DNA from: a virus
Lineage: Duplodnaviria; Heunggongvirae; Uroviricota; Caudoviricetes
Strand: one strand, 5' to 3'
Length of the DNA: 7,343 bases
IMG/VR virus record: IMGVR_UViG_2737471865_000005
Coordinates: 1 to 7,343 of that record
A program made the translations under genes and the position numbers. Positions 1 through 6,219 of this stretch are shown here, piece by piece; within the stretch, counting starts at the first letter, position 1, and every line of letters starts with the position of its first letter. The notes under the pieces were generated by a model, which had not been told where the DNA came from, ran no database searches, and was given only the letters and a program-made list of their open reading frames with translations.

Positions 1-137
1 CTTATTCGCACCTTCCCTAAGGGATGGGACGTTTTTACGGGGAGAGCAGGTTAAAGAGACGATACGAAAAAATGTATCTCCTCTTGAACGTTACCGTAAG
101 AACAAAGAACGATAGTTGCGTTTTGGGAATATGAATT

Positions 138-479
138 ATGGCAATTAATGGCGCTGCAGCAACTGTTCCATTAAGCCCCGGTGAACGCCTGAATGGACTT
201 AATCATATTGCGGAGTTAAGGGCGAAAGTTTTTGGCCTGAATATTGAGTCAGAGCTTGAGCGGTTTATTAAAGATATGCGTGATCCACGGGATATCAATA
301 GCGAACAAAATAAACGGGCACTGGCTGCCATATTCTTTATGGCAAAAATTCCAGCTGAACGTCACAGCATCAGCATTAATGAGCTGACCACTGACGAAAA
401 GCGGGAGTTGATTAAAGCAATGAATCATTTTCGTGCAGTAGTGAGCTTATTCCCCAGACGACTAACCATGCCGAATTAA
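138..479 (+). CDS. Hypothetical phage early-region protein (113 aa)
   Basis: Intact ORF starting at an ATG, codon usage similar to neighbouring phage genes, same strand as and immediately upstream of the replication operon. A weak GGGAA Shine-Dalgarno-like sequence lies upstream. I do not recognise a family. Confidence 0.65.
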   Translation: MAINGAAATVPLSPGERLNGLNHIAELRAKVFGLNIESELERFIKDMRDPRDINSEQNKRALAAIFFMAKIPAERHSISINELTTDEKRELIKAMNHFRAVVSLFPRRLTMPN

Positions 480-546
480 CAAACTAATGAACTTCATGGC
501 GTAAACACGCCGGGTATCCCTTTACCTAAATTCAGGAGAATTGATT

Positions 547-780
547 ATGCGTAATATTGAAACCCTCACGACTAAAACCGGACCGGATGATGCAGGGCTT
601 AATATTTTACTGACAGAGGCTCGTCTGGAAGAACGCCGGGCAAGAGCTGAAGCAATGGCAGCTCGCCTTGATAGCCTTGCGTGCCATATCACATCCCGCC
701 AGCTAAACCACGTTGAAGCGGCTGAACTGCTGCGTGTGGCAGCTGAAGCAATCCAGAACGAAGCGCAGGAGATCCACTAA
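547..780 (+). CDS. Hypothetical small phage early protein (about 78 aa from the ATG at 547; the track ORF begins at a TTG at 541)
   Basis: AGGAGA Shine-Dalgarno about 8 nt upstream of the ATG at 547. The TAA stop overlaps the ATG of the next gene (TAATG at about 778-782), suggesting translational coupling. Alanine/arginine-rich, probably helical; function not recognised. Confidence 0.7.
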   Translation: MRNIETLTTKTGPDDAGLNILLTEARLEERRARAEAMAARLDSLACHITSRQLNHVEAAELLRVAAEAIQNEAQEIH

Positions 781-1007
781 TGGCTGATGCAATGGATCTC
801 GTACAGCAGCGCGTTGAAGAAGAACGCCAGCGTCATATCCGTACTGCCCGTGCCAAAACGCCGGGCGTGTCCCGCGTGCTTTGCATTGAGTGTGAAGCGC
901 CAATTCCGCCAGCACGCCGCCGTGCCATTCCGGGTGTGCAGCTTTGCATTACCTGTCAGGAAATCGCAGAGCTGAAAGGCAAACATTACAACGGAGGTGC
1001 TGTATGA
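780..1007 (+). CDS. TraR/DksA-family C4-type zinc-finger protein (75 aa)
   Basis: Two Cys pairs with sequence context typical of DksA/TraR-type zinc fingers (CIECEAPIPPARRRAIPGVQLCITCQ), of a size typical for phage TraR-like proteins. The stop overlaps the start of the next gene (ATGA at 1004-1007). Confidence 0.8.
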   Translation: MADAMDLVQQRVEEERQRHIRTARAKTPGVSRVLCIECEAPIPPARRRAIPGVQLCITCQEIAELKGKHYNGGAV

Positions 1008-1861
1008 GCACCATCCTGAAATGGGCGGGAAATAAAACCGCCATTATGTCCGAACTGAAAAAGCATCTTCCTGCTGGCCCGCGACTGGTTGAACCTTTCG
1101 CGGGTTCCTGTGCAGTGATGATGGAGACGGAGTACCCCAGCTATCTTGTTGCGGATATTAATCCTGATTTAATCAACCTCTATAAAAAGGTTGCTGCTGA
1201 TTGTGAATCATTTATATCTCGCGCCAGAGTTTTATTTGAGATCGCAAACAGGGAGGTAGCTTATTACAACATAAGGCAGGAGTTTAATTACTCAACTGAG
1301 ATTACTGATTTCATGAAAGCGGTATATTTCCTGTATCTCAATCGTCACGGTTACCGTGGTTTATGTCGCTATAACAAGAGCGGGCATTTCAACATTCCCT
1401 ACGGTAATTATAAAAATCCGTATTTCCCTGAAAAAGAAATTCGCGCATTTGCAGAAAAAGCCCAGCGAGCAACGTTTATCTGCGCCAGCTTTGATGAAAC
1501 GCTGGCGATGTTGAAGGCGGGGGATGTGGTGTATTGCGATCCGCCGTATGACGGTACGTTTTCCGGCTATCACACTGATGGTTTCACTGAAGATGACCAG
1601 TATCACCTGGCATCCGTTCTTGAACATCGGTCATCAGAAGGACATCCGGTCATTGTTTCTAACAGTGACACATCCCTGATCCGTTCGCTGTATCGCAATT
1701 TTACTCACCACTATATCAAGGTAAAACGCAGCATCGGTGTGGCAGCTGGCGAGGGTAAATCAGCAACAGAAATCATTGCTGTTTCCGGGCCGCGCTGCTG
1801 GTTGGGATTTGATTATTCGCGTGGCGTGGATAGTTCTGCCGTGTACGGAGTGCGTGCATGA
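1004..1861 (+). CDS. dam: DNA N6-adenine methyltransferase, Dam-like (about 285 aa from the ATG at 1004; the track ORF extends upstream to 944)
   Basis: N-terminal motif I region ([11 protein letters not shown]) followed later by the catalytic DPPY motif ([12 protein letters not shown]), the order seen in Dam-type (alpha-class) adenine methyltransferases. GGAGGTG Shine-Dalgarno at about 994-1000 precedes the ATG at 1004. The stop overlaps the GpA start (ATGA at 1858-1861). Confidence 0.9.
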   Translation: MSTILKWAGNKTAIMSELKKHLPAGPRLVEPFAGSCAVMMETEYPSYLVADINPDLINLYKKVAADCESFISRARVLFEIANREVAYYNIRQEFNYSTEITDFMKAVYFLYLNRHGYRGLCRYNKSGHFNIPYGNYKNPYFPEKEIRAFAEKAQRATFICASFDETLAMLKAGDVVYCDPPYDGTFSGYHTDGFTEDDQYHLASVLEHRSSEGHPVIVSNSDTSLIRSLYRNFTHHYIKVKRSIGVAAGEGKSATEIIAVSGPRCWLGFDYSRGVDSSAVYGVRA

Positions 1862-4245
1862 GCCATGCTGATATGAACAACTGCAGCGGCTTTAACGAGG
1901 CCGCCGCAGCATTCTCATGGAACAGCCCGAAAAAGGCTATTAACCCTTATCTGGACCCGGCGGAAGTTGCGCCGGTTTCTGCGCTTTCAAACCTGATCAC
2001 TCTGTACGCTGCCGATAACGAGCAGGAACAACTGCGCCGCGAGGCACTGAGTGATCAGGTCTGGGAGCGTTATTTCTTTAATGAATCCCGTGATCCTGTC
2101 CAACGCGAAATGGAGCAGGATAAGCTCATTAGCCGGGCAAAGCTGGCGCATGAGCAGCAGCGTTTTAATCCGGACATGGTCATACTGGCGGACGTTAAAG
2201 CCCAGCCCTCCCATATCAGCAAGCCGCTGATGCAACGTATTGAATACTTCAGCAGCCTGGGCAGGCCAAAGGCTTATTCCCGCTATTTGCGTGAGACGAT
2301 TAAGCCATGTCTGGAACGACTGGAGCATGTACGCGACAGTCAGCTATCCACTTCTTTTCGCTTTATGGCAAGCCATGAAGGGCTGGACGGCCTGCTGATC
2401 CTGCCTGAAATGAGTCAGGATCAGGTGAAACGCCTGTCTACTCTTGTCGCTGCGCATATGAGCATGTGTCTTGATGCCGCTTGTGGTGATTTGTACGCCA
2501 CCGATGATGTTAAGCCAGAAGAAATCCGCAAGACATGGGAAAAGGTGGCAGCAGAAACCCTGCGACTGGATGTCATACCGCCTGCGTTTGAGCAACTCCG
2601 CCGGAAAAGAAACCGCCGTAAACCCGTACCCTATGAACTCATTCCGGGTTCGCTGGCGCGTATGTTGTGCGCCGACTGGTGGTATCGGAAATTATGGAAG
2701 ATGCGTTGCGAATGGCGGGAAGAGCAGTTGCGTGCTGTTTGCCTGGTCAGCAAAAAAGCATCTCCCTATGTCAGCTATGAAGCCGTGATGCATAAACGTG
2801 AGCAGCGCCGTAAGTCGCTGGAGTTTTTCCGTTCTCATGAACTGGTGAACGAAGACGGCGACACGCTGGATATGGAGGACGTGGTAAACGCCAGTAGTAG
2901 CAACCCGGCGCATCGCCGCAATGAGATGATGGCATGTGTTAAAGGTCTGGAGCTTATCGCGGAAATGCGCGGTGACTGCGCCGTTTTCTACACCATCACC
3001 TGTCCGTCACGTTTCCATTCCACGCTAAATAACGGCAGGCCCAACCCAACCTGGACAAATGCGACGGTAAGACAAAGCAGTGATTATCTGGTCGGCATGT
3101 TTGCTGCATTTCGTAAGGCGATGTACAAAGCCGGATTGCGCTGGTATGGCGTGCGGGTGGCTGAGCCGCATCATGACGGTACAGTTCACTGGCACCTGTT
3201 GTGTTTTATGCGCAAAAAAGATCGCCGCGCCATTACTGCTTTGTTGCGTAAGTTTGCCATCAGTGAAGACCGCGAGGAGCTGGGTAATAACACAGGACCA
3301 CGCTTTAAGTCTGAGCTGATAAACCCGCGCAAAGGTACGCCAACAAGCTACATCGCGAAATACATCAGTAAGAACATTGACGGGCGTGGTCTGGCTGGCG
3401 AGATCAGCAAGGAAACGGGTAAATCCCTGCGTGATAACGCTGAATACGTTAATGCCTGGGCGTCTCTTCATCGTGTTCAGCAATTCCGCTTCTTTGGCAT
3501 TCCGGGGCGTCAGGCTTACCGTGAACTGCGATTGCTGGCTGGTCAGGCGGCAAGGCAACAGGGGGACAAAAAAGCAGGTGCGGCGGTACTGGATAACCCA
3601 CGCCTTGATGCCATCCTGGCTGCTGCTGATGCTGGTTGTTTTGCCACCTACATCATGAAGCAGGGCGGCGTACTGGTTCCCCGCAAATATCACCTCATCA
3701 GAACCGCTTATGAAATCAACGAAGAGCCGACCGCCTATGGCGATCACGGCATTCGTATTTATGGCATCTGGTCACCCATTGCAGAGGGCAAGATCTGCAC
3801 TCATGCAGTGAAGTGGAAAATGGTTCGTAAGGCCGTTGACGTTCAGGAGGCTGCAGCCGACCAGGGCGCTTGCGCCCCTTGGACTCGTGGCAATAACTGT
3901 CCCCCTGTTGAAATTTTGAACCAATCAGGGGGCGAATTACCAGAAACCGAAGAAACTGACGCGCTGCCGGACCTTCACGATCTGAGTGCGAAGGAACGGC
4001 GGGAGCTGACAGCCAGGCTGAGGCTGGTAAAACCGAAACGGCGGAAAGGGTACAAACAGGAAGTTAACGAGCAGCAGCGCCAGCAGCTCGACGCTGAGTT
4101 GAGGTCCAGAGGGTTTGAAGCGAGTGAAACAGAGGTGGATCTGCTTTTACGTGGCGGCAGCATTCCGTCCGGGGCCGGGCTGCGCATTTTCTACCGCAAC
4201 CAGCGGCTACAGGAAGATGATAAATGGCGGCAGTGGTATTCGTGA
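1858..4245 (+). CDS. A: Rolling-circle replication initiation endonuclease, P2 GpA-like (795 aa)
   Basis: Size close to P2 gpA. Contains an HUH-type metal-binding motif (TVHWHLLCF) and a downstream Tyr-x3-Tyr pair (YIAKYISK), as expected for the HUH nickase superfamily. Follows Dam as in 186-like phages. In P2 the origin lies inside the A coding region, so an ori probably lies within this CDS, but I cannot position it. Confidence 0.92.
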   Translation: MSHADMNNCSGFNEAAAAFSWNSPKKAINPYLDPAEVAPVSALSNLITLYAADNEQEQLRREALSDQVWERYFFNESRDPVQREMEQDKLISRAKLAHEQQRFNPDMVILADVKAQPSHISKPLMQRIEYFSSLGRPKAYSRYLRETIKPCLERLEHVRDSQLSTSFRFMASHEGLDGLLILPEMSQDQVKRLSTLVAAHMSMCLDAACGDLYATDDVKPEEIRKTWEKVAAETLRLDVIPPAFEQLRRKRNRRKPVPYELIPGSLARMLCADWWYRKLWKMRCEWREEQLRAVCLVSKKASPYVSYEAVMHKREQRRKSLEFFRSHELVNEDGDTLDMEDVVNASSSNPAHRRNEMMACVKGLELIAEMRGDCAVFYTITCPSRFHSTLNNGRPNPTWTNATVRQSSDYLVGMFAAFRKAMYKAGLRWYGVRVAEPHHDGTVHWHLLCFMRKKDRRAITALLRKFAISEDREELGNNTGPRFKSELINPRKGTPTSYIAKYISKNIDGRGLAGEISKETGKSLRDNAEYVNAWASLHRVQQFRFFGIPGRQAYRELRLLAGQAARQQGDKKAGAAVLDNPRLDAILAAADAGCFATYIMKQGGVLVPRKYHLIRTAYEINEEPTAYGDHGIRIYGIWSPIAEGKICTHAVKWKMVRKAVDVQEAAADQGACAPWTRGNNCPPVEILNQSGGELPETEETDALPDLHDLSAKERRELTARLRLVKPKRRKGYKQEVNEQQRQQLDAELRSRGFEASETEVDLLLRGGSIPSGAGLRIFYRNQRLQEDDKWRQWYS

Positions 4246-4334
4246 GTATCGTCTGAATATTCCTGTTTGGTGATCCCATCAGAGGTATCTGATTGAAATT
4301 GAAAAAAGGGTTTTACAAATAGAAATCTCTTCTA

Positions 4335-4354
4335 TACTGTATATATAAACAGTG
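4335..4354 (+). promoter_or_regulatory. LexA operator (SOS box) within a putative SOS-regulated promoter
   Basis: TACTGTATATATAAACAGTG matches the E. coli LexA consensus TACTGTATATATATACAGTA at 18 of 20 positions, including the CTGT-N8-ACAG core. It sits in an AT-rich intergenic region about 50-65 nt upstream of the next + strand ORF, overlapping candidate -10 hexamers (TATACT/TATATA), with TTGAAA/TTTACA-like -35 candidates upstream. Confidence 0.75.
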
Positions 4355-4401
4355 GATATACATACAGTTATGTTTGTCCAGTAGTAGTGATAGGAGGGAA
4401 A

Positions 4402-4590
4402 ATGCAGGATTACCTTTTGGAGTCTTTGAAGCTCCAGCGCATTGATTTTTTTATCAAGCTTGTAGCGGCTAGCGAGTGTGATGATGCAGAAAAGCAGCTG
4501 GCTCTTCAGTGGGCTTCTGAGTTGACCGATGAGCTGATGGCGAAAATTCGTAGCCATGAATACAGCCGATCAATGGATATTTCCAGTTAG
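4402..4590 (+). CDS. Small SOS-module protein (62 aa from the ATG at 4402), possibly the N-terminal portion of a Tum-like antirepressor
   Basis: AGGAGG Shine-Dalgarno at about 4392-4397 with the ATG at 4402. First gene after the LexA box, at the position tum occupies in phage 186. Followed 8 nt later, in another frame, by a DinI-like ORF; the two together total about 140 aa, close to the roughly 146 aa I recall for 186 Tum. Confidence 0.55.
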   Translation: MQDYLLESLKLQRIDFFIKLVAASECDDAEKQLALQWASELTDELMAKIRSHEYSRSMDISS

Positions 4591-4598
4591 GGGTCCCT

Positions 4599-4832
4599 AT
4601 GCGAATTGAGATAATGATCGATAAAGAGCAAAAGATTAGCCAGGTAACCTTGGACGCTCTGGAGTCCGAGCTTTACCGCAACCTGCAGCCCATCTATCCA
4701 AAGACAGCTATTCGCATCCGTAAAGGGTCGGCAAACGGCGTTGAGCTGAGTGGCTTAAAGCTTGATGAAGACAAAAAGCGGGTAATGGAAATTATGCAGC
4801 AGGTTTGGGAAGACGACAGCTGGCTGCACTGA
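4599..4832 (+). CDS. DinI-family protein (77 aa); may correspond to the DinI-like C-terminal half of a Tum-type antirepressor
   Basis: Aligns by eye with E. coli DinI along its whole length (MRIE start, DAL..EL segment, K-E/D-D-K-K/Q-R, EI(L/M)QxxWE near the C-terminus). Lies in the LexA-controlled module. Confidence 0.85.
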   Translation: MRIEIMIDKEQKISQVTLDALESELYRNLQPIYPKTAIRIRKGSANGVELSGLKLDEDKKRVMEIMQQVWEDDSWLH

Positions 4833-4936
4833 GGAACGTTGCTGGCGGCAGGACTTGATACTGACGCCAGCAAGGTTGAACAACGAGCGGGGCGAGGCGT
4901 TAGCCCATCATTGGTACTTTATAATGGTTTTGTTAT

Positions 4937-5923
4937 CTATAATTGCAGAATGTTTTTAATTCTCACAATCGATTCATCAAAAGTATCAGCTATGTGGTAA
5001 ATGTTCTTTTTGCTCAAGCTATTAACCCAGGTGATAGTAGATTCTTTATCCTTGTCTACTATGTAGACGTCGGCTGAAGTTTTTTCAATTTCAGACCAAA
5101 TATGCTCATCATTTGGATTTATTTTAAGTCCAATAATGAATATCTTGGATGAACGTTCAACCTCAGAACGAAACTCTTCCTGCTGATACTTAACAAATGA
5201 GGGGCAGTGCAATACGCTTTTTTTGGGATGATATAATGCAACTGCGGGTGAGAGGGCAGAATCACTTTCGCAGTATGCAATCACGTCTTGCTCATCGTTG
5301 TAAATATCAATTGAACCATCGAATATTGCAGAGTTCTCGCAATCAGGTAATTCGAAATCGATATTAACGATATTTGCAACTGGTATGAAGTTTACTGAGC
5401 CATGTATTTTTAATACCGGTATGTTATTTCTATTGCGCTTCGATGAGTGATATTGAACAAGACAGCCAACAGAGCATATAGCTTGTTCAATTAATAGGTC
5501 GTAATTAGTTGTTGCCATACATATGTTTTTTCTTTTTTTTAATAGGTTAAACAGTTTTATGTAGGTGTTTCCTTTCTCGACCCGAAATTGTGCAAGATAG
5601 GCGCACATCTGCTTTAGGAGGTGAGTTGTCTCGCAATTTCGTTCATTGAAAAAATTAATCATTCCTTGTTCAGGATCTGCAATGAAACTCTCCAATAGAG
5701 CGCCATCAATAGTTGAAGCAACTCCACCTTTTTCACGCATGCGGATAAGCAGATCTTTACCAAGAGGTGGATTGGATGGACTACATGGACCGCTGCCAAA
5801 ACTCGCACCTGCGCCAAATAAAAATAGAACTGCCATATATCCTCCGAAATATGAGTATTTATGAATCATTTTCCTCAATTTCTGCCACAAAGGATATAGT
5901 GGGGCAAAGGAATTGTGCTGCAT
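4937..5923 (-). CDS. SIR2 (sirtuin)-like family protein, candidate NAD+-consuming anti-phage defence protein (328 aa as the longest ORF; alternative starts give 310 or 299 aa)
   Basis: Glycine-rich NAD-binding motif FLFGAGASFGSG (GAGxS type), a TTNYD motif resembling sirtuin TQNID, and KIHGS about 34 residues later, where defence-type SIR2 domains carry the catalytic His. The gene is markedly AT-rich (about 30-37% GC in the 60-nt lines I counted, against about 50% in the flanking phage genes). Start is ambiguous: the ATG near 5836 is preceded by GGAGGA, the ATG near 5869 by GAGGA, and the first ATG (5923) has no obvious Shine-Dalgarno. Confidence 0.8.
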   Translation of the reverse strand: MQHNSFAPLYPLWQKLRKMIHKYSYFGGYMAVLFLFGAGASFGSGPCSPSNPPLGKDLLIRMREKGGVASTIDGALLESFIADPEQGMINFFNERNCETTHLLKQMCAYLAQFRVEKGNTYIKLFNLLKKRKNICMATTNYDLLIEQAICSVGCLVQYHSSKRNRNNIPVLKIHGSVNFIPVANIVNIDFELPDCENSAIFDGSIDIYNDEQDVIAYCESDSALSPAVALYHPKKSVLHCPSFVKYQQEEFRSEVERSSKIFIIGLKINPNDEHIWSEIEKTSADVYIVDKDKESTITWVNSLSKKNIYHIADTFDESIVRIKNILQL

Positions 5924-5973
5924 GACTATGCCGCATGAATCCGCATGATCGTTTGAGGATCGTTTTAGCTGAG

Positions 5974-6000
5974 GCCCGCCAGGAATGGCGGGCTTTTGCT
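5974..6000 (+). terminator. Putative rho-independent terminator, + strand orientation
   Basis: Perfect 8-bp GC-rich inverted repeat GCCCGCCA / TGGCGGGC around a GGAA tetraloop, followed directly by TTTTGCTT. The T-run is only on the + strand side. Confidence 0.5.
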
Positions 6001-6043
6001 TATGTCATGCAGGCGCATGAAAACCACTACATAAAGCGGGCAG

Positions 6044-6062
6044 GCGTGGCGGGGATACGAGC
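6044..6062. other. Candidate cos site (cohesive-end region) of a P2/186-like phage
   Basis: GGCGTGGCGGGGATACGAG shares its first 13 nt with the 186 cohesive end as I recall it (GGCGTGGCGGGGAAAGCAT) and is close to the P2 version (GGCGAGGCGGGGAAAGCAC). It lies between the SOS/cargo region and the portal gene, where cos is expected. Relies on recalled sequences. Confidence 0.5.
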
Positions 6063-6150
6063 GCGCGCAATGGGGTAAAATGGCCAAAATCCGGAGCAGC
6101 CTCTGGCCCGCTGGCGGCCTCATTTTGTGTAGGAGGGAAAATGTCAGGAC

Positions 6151-6183
6151 AAAAAAACGCCCCGCAGAATGCTGCTGGGGCGT
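6151..6183 (-). terminator. Putative rho-independent terminator of the late packaging (P-Q) transcript
   Basis: On the - strand, about 40 nt downstream of the portal stop codon: GC-rich hairpin (ACGCCCCGCAG / CTGCTGGGGCGT with one bulge) followed by a run of seven U (A7 on the + strand at about 6151-6157). Confidence 0.6.
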
Positions 6184-6219
6184 TGTGAGAATTGGTCAGT
6201 TATTGATGTTGTGAGTATG

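Noticed and set aside
1-115. Open frame from the window edge to a TAG at about 113-115 on the + strand, a possible C-terminus of an upstream early gene
   Set aside because: Only about 37 codons are visible and a second frame is also open to about position 54. Too short to distinguish from chance, so it is not called as a feature.
703-986. ORFs 703..915 (-), 777..986 (-) and 787..975 (+) overlapping the small early protein and the zinc-finger gene
   Set aside because: Out-of-frame or antisense overlaps with genes supported by motifs and translational coupling; no independent support.
944-1003. Upstream extension of the Dam ORF back to an ATG at 944
   Set aside because: The extension overlaps the zinc-finger gene in another frame. 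The ATG at 1004 has a good GGAGG Shine-Dalgarno and the typical ATGA stop/start overlap, so 1004 is the more likely start.
3025-3747. 240-aa ORF on the - strand inside the GpA coding region, along with other internal ORFs (1987..2328, 2344..2595, 2692..2913 on the - strand; 2471..2788, 3080..3319, 3377..3658 on the + strand)
   Set aside because: All lie fully inside the strongly supported GpA gene in other frames. Their products are Cys/Arg/Trp-rich and low-complexity, typical of out-of-frame translation of a GC-balanced gene. No start or Shine-Dalgarno support.
4279-4557. 92-aa - strand ORF and a GTG-initiated extension (4387) across the SOS promoter and the tum-like gene
   Set aside because: The - strand ORF spans the AT-rich promoter and LexA box and is antisense to the supported gene. 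The GTG at 4387 lies inside the Shine-Dalgarno region of the ATG at 4402.
4888-4899. GGCGAGGCG, identical to the first 9 nt of the P2 cohesive end, near the DinI/SIR2 junction
   Set aside because: Only a 9-nt match, which can occur by chance in a window this size, and the rest of the cos sequence is absent. The better cos candidate is at about 6044. It could be re-examined as a possible scar if comparative data show a junction here.
5646-5864. 72-aa + strand ORF with a TTG start, antisense to the 5' region of the SIR2-like gene
   Set aside because: TTG start, no Shine-Dalgarno, proline/glycine-rich product, and fully overlapped by the better-supported - strand gene. It does bear on whether the SIR2 gene's true start is the first ATG (5923) or an internal one.
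6141-6188. 15-codon + strand ORF (MSGQKNAPQNAAGAL) with a strong Shine-Dalgarno
   Set aside because: Too short, and it overlaps the hairpin of the - strand terminator. Retained only as part of the duplicated 14-mer observation.
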